A stretch of DNA of 64,000 nucleotides from Thermoanaerobaculia bacterium (GTDB taxonomy: Bacteria > Acidobacteriota > Thermoanaerobaculia > UBA5066): NCBI GenBank assembly GCA_963719225.1, contig CAVRAY010000001.1:800001-864000 (forward strand). The letters are read 5' to 3'. The notes beneath the pieces are model-generated. The model made no database searches. It was not told the DNA's origin and saw only the letters and a list, made by a program, of their open reading frames with translations. How positions within the stretch are numbered: the first letter of the stretch is position 1; each line of letters starts with the position of its first letter. The position numbers were made by a program, and so were the translations under genes. Positions 46,320 to 55,797 of the stretch are shown here, piece by piece.

Positions 46320-48110
46320 ATGCGCTTCCGGTTCGCAGGCTCCATCTGCGCGCTCCTCGTGTCGCTCCCGCTCGCGGGCGAGCCGCCGCGCGGCACGCCG
46401 GGCGCGTGGTACCGGTATCCGCTTCCGGGCGCGGAGGTGAAGTCGCTCGCCGCGGACCCGGTCCTCGCGGGCGTCTTCTGGGCAGGCACGGCGCAGGGCG
46501 GCATCTACCGCTCCGGCGACGGCGGCGTCTCGTGGACGTCGCCGCCCGGCGGCGCGCCTTTCCCGGGCTACGCCGTGACCTCGCTCGCCGTCGATCCCGC
46601 CCGTCCCGGTGCCGTCTGGGCCGGTCTCACGGGCGTCGTCAAGGGAGGCCTCCTCGTCCGGTCGACGGATCTCGGACGTTCGTTCCAGGTCGTCAAGCGC
46701 TGGGAAGACCGCGCGGGCGCGCGCGTCGTCGCGGTCATGTCGCGGTCCGGCAGGAAGGTGGTCGGCGTCGGGGGCGATTGGGGGCTCGAGATTTCCGAGG
46801 ACGACGGCCTGACGTGGCGAACCTCCGCGCCGGCGCTCGACGCGGGGAGCGGCGTGTCTTTCATGGCGTTCGACCCCATCAGGCCGGGGGTCCTCTATTG
46901 CGGGTCGTTCCGCCATCCCTTCCGCTCCCTGGACGGCGGCCTGACCTGGGCGCGCATCGCGAACGGGATGGTCGAGGACACCGAGGTCTTCGGGATCGAT
47001 TTCTCGGCGGACGACCCGAACGACTTCTGGGCCGCAACGTGCGGCTGGGTTTACCGCACGACGGACGGCGGCGCGAATTGGACGCGCTATCGCGAAGGGC
47101 TCACGGACCGGCGCACGCACGTCGTTCGTGTGGATCCGCGGGATCCGAATCGCATTCTCGCGGGCACGACGGGCGGCTTGTTCGAGAGCCGCGACCGGGG
47201 AAAGACGTTTCGGCGCATCTCGGCGGAGCTCGTGGTCACCGCGCTCGTCTTCGATCCGCGCGATCCGTCCCGTCTCCTCGTCGGCACCGAAGCGGAAGGG
47301 ATCTTCCGGTCCGAGGATGGCGGGCTGACGCTCGGGGAGTCGAATCGCGGTCTCTCGGAGGCGCGCGTCTCGGCTGTCGCGGTGCTCCAGTCGGGTCGCG
47401 TCGTCGTCGCGCGTGCCGCGGACGGAAGAAGCGGCGGCCTGTGGAGCGTGGACGCGACCACGGGAGACGTCGAGCGCCTCGCGGCGTCTCCTCCGTCGAC
47501 GGTGCTTTCCCTCGTCTCCTCCGGGAGCGCGCTGCTCGCGGGCGCGCCGGACGGGATCTACCGCGCCCCGCGCGCGGGCGCGCCGTTCGCGAAGGTGCTG
47601 GGCGCCGGAACGCGCGCATTCGCTTCCGACGGCGAAGGGCGATTCCTCGCCGCGACGAACGAAGGCGTCTTCGAGTCGTCGAACGGCGGAAGCGCGTGGC
47701 GGCGTCTCGGCTCACTGAAATCGCGGGTCGAGGACGTCCGCCGCGCCCGCCTTCCGGAGAGCGGCCTGAAGACCTGGTCGGCCGACGCGGAGGGCTTCAC
47801 CCTGTGGTGGGACGGCGCCGAGTGGGCCCGGCGGCCGCTTCCCGGCGGCGGCCGGATCCTGACCGGCGGTTTCGGACGCCCGCGGGCAGCTGTCCACTTC
47901 GTCCCCGAGCCCATCGGCGTCGCCCTCTCGACCGAGCGCCCGGTCCTGTTCTTTCGGCCCGAGGACGACGCCGGCGGAAGCCTCTCCGTCGCGCTGCCCG
48001 AATCCGGCCTCGTCGTCGCGGGATGGGCCGGCGACCCGCGCAGCGCCTCGGGCCTCTACCTCGCCACGATCGGCCGCGGCCTCTTCCGGTTCGTGCCCGG
48101 CGGATTGTAG
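46320..48110 (+). CDS. Secreted BNR/Asp-box beta-propeller protein (Ycf48/sortilin-like)
   Basis: Repeated S-x-D-G-G-x-x-W Asp boxes; signal peptide. Confidence 0.82.
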   Translation: MRFRFAGSICALLVSLPLAGEPPRGTPGAWYRYPLPGAEVKSLAADPVLAGVFWAGTAQGGIYRSGDGGVSWTSPPGGAPFPGYAVTSLAVDPARPGAVWAGLTGVVKGGLLVRSTDLGRSFQVVKRWEDRAGARVVAVMSRSGRKVVGVGGDWGLEISEDDGLTWRTSAPALDAGSGVSFMAFDPIRPGVLYCGSFRHPFRSLDGGLTWARIANGMVEDTEVFGIDFSADDPNDFWAATCGWVYRTTDGGANWTRYREGLTDRRTHVVRVDPRDPNRILAGTTGGLFESRDRGKTFRRISAELVVTALVFDPRDPSRLLVGTEAEGIFRSEDGGLTLGESNRGLSEARVSAVAVLQSGRVVVARAADGRSGGLWSVDATTGDVERLAASPPSTVLSLVSSGSALLAGAPDGIYRAPRAGAPFAKVLGAGTRAFASDGEGRFLAATNEGVFESSNGGSAWRRLGSLKSRVEDVRRARLPESGLKTWSADAEGFTLWWDGAEWARRPLPGGGRILTGGFGRPRAAVHFVPEPIGVALSTERPVLFFRPEDDAGGSLSVALPESGLVVAGWAGDPRSASGLYLATIGRGLFRFVPGGL

Positions 48111-48142
48111 GAGTCGGGATGTCCCTCTCCGCCTGATCGCGC

Positions 48143-48577
48143 ATGAGCCCGGAGGATCACTTCAGGAAGCTCGAGCGCATGTACGCGACGGCGCCCATCA
48201 ACGCCTTCTTCGCGCCGCGTCTGCTCGTCGGCGAGGGGCGCGCGGAGGTTGCGATCACCGTTCGTCCCGATTTCTTCCACGCCGCGAACGCCGTCCACGG
48301 CTCGGTCTACTTCAAGGTTCTCGACGACGCCGCGTTCTTCGCCGTGAACTCCCTCGTGACGGACGTCTTCGTCCTGACCGTGACGTACAACGTCTACCTC
48401 ACGCGCCCGGTGACAGAAGGCGTCATGACGGCGACGGGACGCGTCGTGAGCCGGTCGAAGAACCTCTTCGTCGCGGAAGCGGAGATCGTCGACGATCGGG
48501 GCCGGAGCGTCGGGCGGGGGAGCGGTTCGTTCATGCGAAGCGCGATTTCCCTGTCCCCCGCAGTCGGCTACGCCTGA
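48143..48577 (+). CDS. PaaI family thioesterase (hotdog fold)
   Basis: FHAANAVHGSVYFKVLDDAAFFA. Confidence 0.9.
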   Translation: MSPEDHFRKLERMYATAPINAFFAPRLLVGEGRAEVAITVRPDFFHAANAVHGSVYFKVLDDAAFFAVNSLVTDVFVLTVTYNVYLTRPVTEGVMTATGRVVSRSKNLFVAEAEIVDDRGRSVGRGSGSFMRSAISLSPAVGYA

Positions 48578-48974
48578 GCGGACCGGGCTGCGGTCGGTCC
48601 TTCTTCTTCGAAAGAAAAACGACGCCGGGGAGACCCTCGAGATCGGCGTCGGTCGTGACGAGCTCGGCGCCGCGCGATCGCGCGGTCGCATAGACGATCG
48701 CGTCCGCCATCGCGAGCGAATTCTCGAGACTCGTGTCCGCCGCCTCGAGGGCGAGCGTTTCGCTCAAGGGGACGACGTTCGTCCTGAGCATCTGGGCGAC
48801 GGCCAGGAGCGCGTCCTCCTCGGACGCGTCGCGTTTGAGAACCTTGTAAACCTCGTAGAGCGCGATCGTCGGCGTCAGGATCTCGTCGGGATCGGCCAGC
48901 AGGCGGGCCACGCGATCGGCATGAGGCCCTCCCCGAAAGACCTCGAGCCAGCCCGAAGAGTCGATCAGCCTCAG
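48531..48974 (-). CDS. vapC: PIN-domain toxin (VapC family), probable CTG start
   Basis: (L)RLIDSSGWLE, LYEVYK, LAMADAIVYATA and TTD; the first PIN Asp lies upstream of the ORF-track start. Confidence 0.85.
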   Translation of the reverse strand: MRLIDSSGWLEVFRGGPHADRVARLLADPDEILTPTIALYEVYKVLKRDASEEDALLAVAQMLRTNVVPLSETLALEAADTSLENSLAMADAIVYATARSRGAELVTTDADLEGLPGVVFLSKKKDRPQPGPLRRSRLRGTGKSRFA

Positions 48975-49180
48975 AGCCGGTCCCGCTTCTCGCGGAATCC
49001 CGCCGACCGGGCGCTCCGGGCGAATCCCTTCAGCTCCGTGAGCGGGCGCTCGGGCACGAGTGAGATGACGCCACCCTTGCTGATGACCTGGAAGGTTTGC
49101 CCCTTTCGGAGGCCGGTCTCCTCACGGATGTCCTTCGGAATCACGACCTGGAACTTCGTCGAGACGACGGTGCGCGCCAC
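48971..49180 (-). CDS. AbrB/MazE-type antitoxin
   Basis: VSTKFQVVIPKDIRE..GLRKG. Confidence 0.9.
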   Translation of the reverse strand: MARTVVSTKFQVVIPKDIREETGLRKGQTFQVISKGGVISLVPERPLTELKGFARSARSAGFREKRDRL

Positions 49181-49186
49181 GCCGCA

Positions 49187-49215
49187 ATTGTCCTACGAAA
49201 TCATCATCGATACAA
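49187..49215 (-). promoter_or_regulatory. Sigma70 promoter of the TA operon (leaderless type)
   Basis: TTGTAT-N17-GACAAT-N6-GTG; palindrome CCTAC-aatg-GTAGG just upstream. Confidence 0.6.
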
Positions 49216-49235
49216 GATCCGACCTACAATGGTAG

Positions 49236-49573
49236 GGCCGCACGACGGCGATGCCCGACGTCACGTGGCCTTTCATGATCTCGAACTCTGCGGGCGTGAA
49301 GACTCCCTGTTTGAGGAGGATGTGATCCGGGATCGCCACCTTGCCGATGTCGTGCGCCGGCGCGAGGGCGAAAAGATCGTCGATGAACTCCTCGTCCAGC
49401 CCTTCGGCAGATGGAAGGGTCCGGGCGATGAGTTGCGCGTAATGCGAGACGCGCTCGAGGTGCATCCCCGTTTCGGCGTCGCGGAAGCGCGTCAGCTCGG
49501 CGGCCAGACTCACGGCCGAGCGGAGAAGGCTCGAAGGGTCGTACACCGGAAATGAACGCAGATGCGGTTCCAC
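49236..49573 (-). pseudogene. Truncated HD-GYP phosphodiesterase fragment
   Basis: RDAETGMHLERV, HDIGKVAIPD.IL.K and EFEIMKGH present; HHE and GYP motifs absent. Confidence 0.8.
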
Positions 49574-49616
49574 GGCTTTTTCAAAGCGTACCAGAGAGGC
49601 CCGAAGGGCACGACCG

Positions 49617-49680
49617 GAGATTTCTTAGAGGGTACGAGAGCTGGTCGCTCCTATTTACCTTCTAAGAAGATCTCTCTTCT
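49617..49680. repeat. Intergenic hairpin formed by two inverted copies of the dispersed motif
   Basis: GAGATTTCTTAGAGGGTA (49617-49634) and TACCTTCTAAGAAGATCTC (49656-49674), then a pyrimidine tract. Confidence 0.8.
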
Positions 49681-49684
49681 TTCT

Positions 49685-50185
49685 CTATCTTCCCGGGATT
49701 CCGATCCATTTCAGCTTTGCGCCCTTGACGACACCGTTCTCGCCCGCGACCCCCGCGTTCACCTCGAGGACGGTGTCGGCTTTCGCCGCCGGCACGACGC
49801 TCACGCAGGGCGCCGGGTCGGGCGGACACGGCGGAACGTCCTTCAGCACGTCCATGACGGTTCCGTCCTTCGTCGCGTAGATCAGGTCGAGCGGAAAATG
49901 GCAGTTCTTCATCCAGAAGGGCCGGATCTCGAGACCGTCGAAGAGAAAGACCATCCCGGCGGCGCGTGGCATCGACTCGCGAAACATGAGGCCCTGACCG
50001 CGCTCCTGGTCGTTGACGGCGACCTCGACCGCGATCGCCACGCCGGACGGGAGGACGACGCGCGGGCCCGCAGCGGCAGCCGGCGCCGACGACCCTGCCG
50101 GCGCCGCGGGCGAGGTCGCGGGGCGCGAGCAGGCGGCGACGCCGAGGAGAGCCGCGAAGGAAGCGGCCGCTTGACGCCGGATCAC
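49685..50185 (-). CDS. DUF192 family lipoprotein
   Basis: Lipobox VAAC, GLMFRES, GMVF, FWMKN and VLEVNAG. Confidence 0.9.
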   Translation of the reverse strand: MIRRQAAASFAALLGVAACSRPATSPAAPAGSSAPAAAAGPRVVLPSGVAIAVEVAVNDQERGQGLMFRESMPRAAGMVFLFDGLEIRPFWMKNCHFPLDLIYATKDGTVMDVLKDVPPCPPDPAPCVSVVPAAKADTVLEVNAGVAGENGVVKGAKLKWIGIPGR

Positions 50186-51630
50186 GACTCCTCGACGGGC
50201 GGCGGAAGGACGGCGCGCTCGTCGGACGTCTCCTCGCCGTCGCGGCGGATGCCGTACTTCTTGGCGTAGTAGCGGAACGAGCGCTCCGACATCCGGAGAA
50301 GCTCGGCGGCGCGGATCTGCACGCCTCCCGTCCTCTCGAGTGCCTGCTGCATGAGGCGCTTGCCGAGCCATTCCAGGTAGGCCTCGAGGTCGAGGCCGTC
50401 GGTCGGAAGGTCGAACCCCTCGAGGGAAGACGCGGGCGGCAGGCCGGCCGGATGCAGGAAGGTGTCCGGAAGGGAAGCCGTCGTGATGACGTCGGTCGGC
50501 TCGAGCGCGATCGTGCGCTCGATCAGATTCTCGAGCTCTCGCACGTTGCCGGGCCACGCGTAAGCCTCGAGGAGCCGCAACGCCTCGGTCGTGATCCTCT
50601 TTTCATCGATGCCCTGCTCCAGCGAGACTTTCTGCAGGAAGTGCCGGACGAGGTGGGGAATGTCGTCGCGGCGCTCGCGCAGCGGAGGGAGTGCGACGGG
50701 AATGACGTTGATGCGGTAATAGAGGTCCTCGCGGAACGTCCCGTCCGCCACTTTCTTCTGCAGGTCCTTGTTGGTCGCGCAGATGATCCGCACGTCGATC
50801 GGCTCTTCGGTGTTGCCGCCGACGCGGCGCACGACCCGCTCCTGCAACGCGCGCAGGAGCTTCACCTGCATCGTGACGGAGGTCTCGCCGATCTCGTCGA
50901 GGAAGACGGTTCCGCCCTCGGCCTCTTGAAAGAGGCCTTTCTTCTCCTTGACGGCGCCCGTGAACGCGCCACGTTCGTGGCCGAAGAGCTCCGACTCGAG
51001 GAGGTTCTCGGGCATCGCGCCGCAATTGATCGAGATGAAGGGCTTCGCCGCGCGGGATGAGGCCTGGTGGATCGCACGGGCGACGAGCTCCTTGCCGGTG
51101 CCCGACTCACCCGCGATGAGGACCGTCGACGTCGTCTTGCCGATGCGCGAGATGAGATCGAAGAGGGCGCGCATCTTGCGCGAGATGCCCACGACTCCGG
51201 CGGCGGAGCGCCCCTCGGCGCGCTCCTTGAGCGCGACGTTCTCGTCGACGAGGCGTTTCTTCTCGAGAGCGCGCCCGACGACGTGCTTGAGCTCCTCGAC
51301 GTCGAATGGCTTCGCAATGTAGTCGTAGGCTCCGGCTTTGAGCGCCTCGACGGCCGTCTTCGTGGACGAGTACGCCGTGATCATGACGACGGGCAGATCG
51401 GGGTTCGACTCGTGTGACTTCCTGAGGATGTCGAGGCCGCTTCCATCCGGCATCTTGAGATCCGTCATCACGAGGTCGGGCGGCGCGGCGGCGAGGGCCG
51501 CGAGGCCCTCGACGCAGCCGGCCGCCGACGTGACGCGGTAGCCCGCCTTCTGGAAAAGGATCGTGAGCATCTCCCGGATGCCGGCCTCGTCGTCGATGAC
51601 GAGGAGGTGCGGGCCGTTTTCGGCCGTCAT
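50182..51630 (-). CDS. pilR: Sigma54-dependent response regulator (PilR-like)
   Basis: Receiver domain, GESGTGKE, GAFTGA, FLDEI, FREDLYYR and WPGNVREL; follows pilS. Confidence 0.88.
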   Translation of the reverse strand: MTAENGPHLLVIDDEAGIREMLTILFQKAGYRVTSAAGCVEGLAALAAAPPDLVMTDLKMPDGSGLDILRKSHESNPDLPVVMITAYSSTKTAVEALKAGAYDYIAKPFDVEELKHVVGRALEKKRLVDENVALKERAEGRSAAGVVGISRKMRALFDLISRIGKTTSTVLIAGESGTGKELVARAIHQASSRAAKPFISINCGAMPENLLESELFGHERGAFTGAVKEKKGLFQEAEGGTVFLDEIGETSVTMQVKLLRALQERVVRRVGGNTEEPIDVRIICATNKDLQKKVADGTFREDLYYRINVIPVALPPLRERRDDIPHLVRHFLQKVSLEQGIDEKRITTEALRLLEAYAWPGNVRELENLIERTIALEPTDVITTASLPDTFLHPAGLPPASSLEGFDLPTDGLDLEAYLEWLGKRLMQQALERTGGVQIRAAELLRMSERSFRYYAKKYGIRRDGEETSDERAVLPPPVEES

Positions 51631-53324
51631 GAAACCTCCGTCGTGGCGCGTTCGGACGCCGCCGGAACGCCGCCCTCCTCCGCGGAAGCCGCGAGGGGAA
51701 GAGAGATGGAAACCGTCGTGCCCCGTCCCGGCGTCGTATCGACGCGAATTGCTCCGCCGTGCTCCTCGACGATCCGATGGACGATCGCGAGACCGAGGCC
51801 GGTGCCGCCGGGAAAGCTGTGCGCGAAGGGCGTGAAGAGGCGGTCCCGCTCGTCGGCCGTCATTCCGTGGCCTTCGTCCGCAAACGACACGTTCCACTGG
51901 TTTCCCCGAAGGTGGGCCGAAACCGAGAGCGTCCCGCCGCCGGGCATCGCCGCGAGCGCGTTGCGCGCGACGTTCCAGAAGATCTGCCGGAGCTGACCAG
52001 GGTCCGCCTGGACCACGACCGAGGGCGGGTCGAACTCCTGCACGACGCGGTGGCGCGAGGAGATCTCGTCTCCGTGCGCGAGAAGCGTCAGCACGTCGTC
52101 GAGGGCCGCGGGCGCGTCCACCGGCTCGATGGCGCGCTCTTTCGGCCGGACGTACCTCAGGAAGTCCTCGAGGATCGAGGAGAGGCGTTGAGACTCGGCG
52201 ACGACGATCTCCATGAGCTTCTGCTCGGGCGACCCGGGCGAGGACGAGTCCTTGAGGACCTGCACCGAACCGGAGATCGAAGCGAGAGGGTTGCGGATCT
52301 CGTGCGCGATCCCGGCGGCGAGCTCACCGACGGCCGCGAGCTTGTCCTTGAGGCGCACTTCGCCCTCGAGCCGCTTGAGCTCGGTGAGATTCTGGAAGAT
52401 GAGGATGCGCCCGATCGTGTAGCCCGAGCCGTCCCTCAGGGCCGTCGCCGAGATTCCGAAGTACTCCTCACCCTCCTGCGATCGGCGGGTGTTCTCGAAG
52501 CGGAGGATCTCGGAGCCCGAAGCGGCGATTTTCTTCCAGTCCGCGTCGCCGACGAGCCCGAGTCCGAGGAGCGGGCGGCCCACGAGATCGACCGACGGCG
52601 TGCCGAGCAGCTCCTGCGCGGCGCGGTTCGCATATGTGACGCCTCCGTCGAGGTCCGTCGTGAGGACACCCGAGGACATCGACATCAGGACCGAGCCGTG
52701 AAGAGCCTGGAGCCGGGCGATCTCGGCCTTGCGGCGCTCCACGTCGGCGCGCGCCTCGCGCAGCTTGTCCGACGCGATCGAGACGAGTAGCGCCGTCGCG
52801 ACGAAAGCGGCGATGTTGAGCGCGACGTTTCCGACGAGCGTGGGAAGGCTCCAGAAGTGTCGCGTGCGCTCGCCCGTCTCGAGGGGCCCGACGACCTCGA
52901 GGTACATGAGGTCGACGAGGACGGCGTAGAAGACCGCCGCGAGCCCCGCCGTCGCGAGGCCGCCTCGCCGGCCGAGCAGGATCGATCCCGCCGTGACCGT
53001 GCTCAGGTAGAGGAATGTGAAGCCCGAATCCGGGCCTCCCGAGACGTAGACGAGGCCGGTGATGACGACGAGGTCGCCGAGGAGCTGCACGCCGGCGTTC
53101 GTTTCGGCCGGAATCCGGTCGAGCGACAGGATCGCCACGATCGAGATCGAGTAGGCGAACGCGGCCAGGTAGTAGATGAAATTGAGAGGCAGGGACGTCG
53201 AGAACGTGAACTGGATGAGGAAAGCCGAGAGGAGAAGCGTCGAGACGATGACGACGCGCAGGACGACGAACGCCCGCAGCATCGAGTGCAGCGGCTCGAA
53301 AGCCCGCATCCGCCCTGAACTCAC
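51627..53324 (-). CDS. pilS: PAS sensor histidine kinase (PilS-like)
   Basis: Multi-TM N-terminus, PAS domain, AHEIRNPL and GTGLGL; alternative ATG at 53309. Confidence 0.85.
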   Translation of the reverse strand: MSSGRMRAFEPLHSMLRAFVVLRVVIVSTLLLSAFLIQFTFSTSLPLNFIYYLAAFAYSISIVAILSLDRIPAETNAGVQLLGDLVVITGLVYVSGGPDSGFTFLYLSTVTAGSILLGRRGGLATAGLAAVFYAVLVDLMYLEVVGPLETGERTRHFWSLPTLVGNVALNIAAFVATALLVSIASDKLREARADVERRKAEIARLQALHGSVLMSMSSGVLTTDLDGGVTYANRAAQELLGTPSVDLVGRPLLGLGLVGDADWKKIAASGSEILRFENTRRSQEGEEYFGISATALRDGSGYTIGRILIFQNLTELKRLEGEVRLKDKLAAVGELAAGIAHEIRNPLASISGSVQVLKDSSSPGSPEQKLMEIVVAESQRLSSILEDFLRYVRPKERAIEPVDAPAALDDVLTLLAHGDEISSRHRVVQEFDPPSVVVQADPGQLRQIFWNVARNALAAMPGGGTLSVSAHLRGNQWNVSFADEGHGMTADERDRLFTPFAHSFPGGTGLGLAIVHRIVEEHGGAIRVDTTPGRGTTVSISLPLAASAEEGGVPAASERATTEVS

Positions 53325-53351
53325 CCGGAGATATTAGTTCTAATTGCTCTT

Positions 53352-54557
53352 CTAGTTGATCTTGCTGATGAGGTCGAACATCGGCATGTACATCGCGACG
53401 ACGATCGTGCCGATGACGACGCCGAGGATCGCGATCATGATGGGCTCCATGAGCTTCATGAGGCCGGCGACCGCATTGTCGACCTCTTCCTCGTAGAACT
53501 CCGCGATCTTGTTCAGCATCGCGTCGAGGGCGCCCGTCTGCTCGCCGACTCCGATCATCTGCACGACCATGGACGGGAAAACCTTCGTTTCGCCGAGCGG
53601 TTCGGCGATCGTGCGCCCGGCTTCGACGGACTTCCGGACCCCCATGATCGCGTCCTCGACGATCGCGTTTCCGGCGGTCTTGGCGGTGATCTCGAGGCCG
53701 TCGAGGATCGGTACGCCCGAAGAGGTCAGCGTGGCGAGCGTGCGGCAGAAACGCGCGACGGCGATCTTCCTCATGATGTCGCCGAGGACCGGCATCTTCA
53801 GGACGATGCCGTCGATGACGCGCCTGCCCCGGTACGTCGCGTAGTAGCGCTTCAGGAAGTAGCCGAGCGCGACAATTCCCGCGATGATGAAGAGGAGGTA
53901 GCTCGCGACGAAGTTCGAGGCCTTGATGACGAGCCGCGTGGGGAGCGGCAGCTCGGCGCCGAGAGCCGCGAAAAGCGAAGCGAACGTCGGAATGACCTTC
54001 CACAGGATGATGAAGACGACGATGGCCGCGACCGTGAGGACGGCGACGGGGTAGATGAGAGCCGTCTTGACCTGGCTCTTCAGCTTGACGGCCTTCTCGA
54101 TGTAGGTCGAGAGGCGGCGCAGGATCGTGTCGAGGATACCGCCCGCCTCGCCGGCCGCCACCATGTTCACGAAGAGGTCGTCGAACGCCTTCGGGTGCTT
54201 GCGCATCGCCTCGGCGAGCGACGAGCCCGCTTCGACGTCCTGCCGCACGGCCAGGATGATCTTCTGGAAAAGACGGCTGTCCTGCTGGCTGCCCAGGATC
54301 TCGAGGCACTGGACGAGCGGAAGACCGGCGTCGATCATGACCGAGAACTGGCGCGTGAAGATCGCGAGGCGCCGTGCGTTGACGCTGCCGCCGCCGAGCT
54401 TCGGGACGGCCAGCTCCTTGCCCTTCTCCTTGACCGTCGTGACGTCGATCTGCCGGCGCCTGAGATCGGCGATCGCGAGGTCCTTCGAGTCCGCGACGAG
54501 GACTCCACCCGTCGTGCCACCCTGCCGCGTGCGGCCTTTCCAGACGAACTGCGCCAT
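53352..54557 (-). CDS. pilC: Type IV pilus inner-membrane platform protein
   Basis: FTRQFSVMIDAGLPL, AGEAGG, ALIYP, GEQTG and EPIMI. Confidence 0.95.
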   Translation of the reverse strand: MAQFVWKGRTRQGGTTGGVLVADSKDLAIADLRRRQIDVTTVKEKGKELAVPKLGGGSVNARRLAIFTRQFSVMIDAGLPLVQCLEILGSQQDSRLFQKIILAVRQDVEAGSSLAEAMRKHPKAFDDLFVNMVAAGEAGGILDTILRRLSTYIEKAVKLKSQVKTALIYPVAVLTVAAIVVFIILWKVIPTFASLFAALGAELPLPTRLVIKASNFVASYLLFIIAGIVALGYFLKRYYATYRGRRVIDGIVLKMPVLGDIMRKIAVARFCRTLATLTSSGVPILDGLEITAKTAGNAIVEDAIMGVRKSVEAGRTIAEPLGETKVFPSMVVQMIGVGEQTGALDAMLNKIAEFYEEEVDNAVAGLMKLMEPIMIAILGVVIGTIVVAMYMPMFDLISKIN

Positions 54558-54576
54558 GGATCCTCCGAGAGCTTTT

Positions 54577-55722
54577 CTATCCGCGCCGTGTCACGTTCGC
54601 CGGCGCTCCGGGGACGGCAGCGGTGCCGCCGGCCGCCGTCGAAGTGACGACGCCCGCGCCGCGCGCGATCATCTCGGCGAGCTCGTCCGGGAGAGACGAG
54701 ACCGACATCGCGAGCTCCTGCGAGATGACGCGGCGGTGAACGAGCGTCGCGAGCGATTGGTTGAACGTCTGCATGCCGTACTTGTTCTGGCCGGTCTGCA
54801 TCATCGAGTAGATCTGGTGGAGCTTGTCCTCGCGGATGAGGTTCCGAATCGCGGGAGTCGGGATGAGGATCTCCATGGCCATGCAGCGGCCTTTTCCGGA
54901 GGCGCGGGGCAGGAGGCTTTGACAGAGGATCCCCTCGAGCACGAACGACAGCTGCGCGCGCACCTGGGGCTGCTGGTTCGCGGGAAACGCGTCGATGATG
55001 CGGTTCATCGTCTGCACGGCGCTGTTCGTGTGGAGCGTCGCGAGGGTGAGGTGGCCCGTCTCGGCGATCCTGAGCGCGCACTCCATCGTCTCGAGGTCGC
55101 GCATCTCGCCGACGAGGACGATGTCCGGGTCTTCGCGGAGGACGGCCCTCAGGGCGTTCGGAAAGGAATGCGTGTCGGCGTGCAGCTCGCGCTGGTTCAC
55201 GATGCAGCGCTTGTGCGTGTGGAGGAACTCGATCGGATCCTCGATCGTGACGATGTGCTTCGGATGCTCCCGGTTGATCTTGTCCAGCATCGTCGCCAGG
55301 GTCGTGGACTTGCCCGAGCCGGTCGGGCCCGTGACGAGGACGAGGCCGCGCGGCTTGTTGCAGAGGCCCTCGACCACGTTCGGAACGCCCAGCTCGCGGA
55401 AGCCGAGGATCTCGTACGGGATCTGCCGGAAGACCGCCGACACGGCGCCCCGCTGCAGGAAGCAGTTTCCGCGGAAACGCGCGAGTCCCTTCACGCCGAA
55501 GGACAGGTCCAGCTCGAGCTGCTCCTCGAACCGGTGCTTCTGCACGTCGGTCAGGATCGAATAGGCGAGCTGCTTCGTCTCGGGAACCGCGAGAGGCGGG
55601 TAGTCGAGAGGAATGAGATCCCCATCCACCCGGATCATCGGGGGCGAGTTCGTCGTGAGGTGAAGGTCGGATCCTCCGCGCTCGACGAGCGTCTTGAGAA
55701 GCTGATGGAGCGTAACCCCCAT
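54577..55722 (-). CDS. pilT: Type IV pilus retraction ATPase
   Basis: GSDLHL, GPTGSGKSTT, EDPIE, GEMRD, ETGHL, AIRNLIRE and GMQT. Confidence 0.96.
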   Translation of the reverse strand: MGVTLHQLLKTLVERGGSDLHLTTNSPPMIRVDGDLIPLDYPPLAVPETKQLAYSILTDVQKHRFEEQLELDLSFGVKGLARFRGNCFLQRGAVSAVFRQIPYEILGFRELGVPNVVEGLCNKPRGLVLVTGPTGSGKSTTLATMLDKINREHPKHIVTIEDPIEFLHTHKRCIVNQRELHADTHSFPNALRAVLREDPDIVLVGEMRDLETMECALRIAETGHLTLATLHTNSAVQTMNRIIDAFPANQQPQVRAQLSFVLEGILCQSLLPRASGKGRCMAMEILIPTPAIRNLIREDKLHQIYSMMQTGQNKYGMQTFNQSLATLVHRRVISQELAMSVSSLPDELAEMIARGAGVVTSTAAGGTAAVPGAPANVTRRG

Positions 55723-55733
55723 TTCGCTGTCCC

Positions 55734-55749
55734 TCCTGAGTACTCAGGA
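55734..55749. promoter_or_regulatory. Perfect 16-bp palindrome between the pilT -10 box and SD
   Basis: TCCTGAGTACTCAGGA; TATGAT lies immediately upstream on the minus strand and AGGAGG overlaps one arm. Confidence 0.55.
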
Positions 55750-55797
55750 ATCATACGCGGGGGAAGCCCCGGAGGCCAGAGGGCCGTCGCAACCCCT

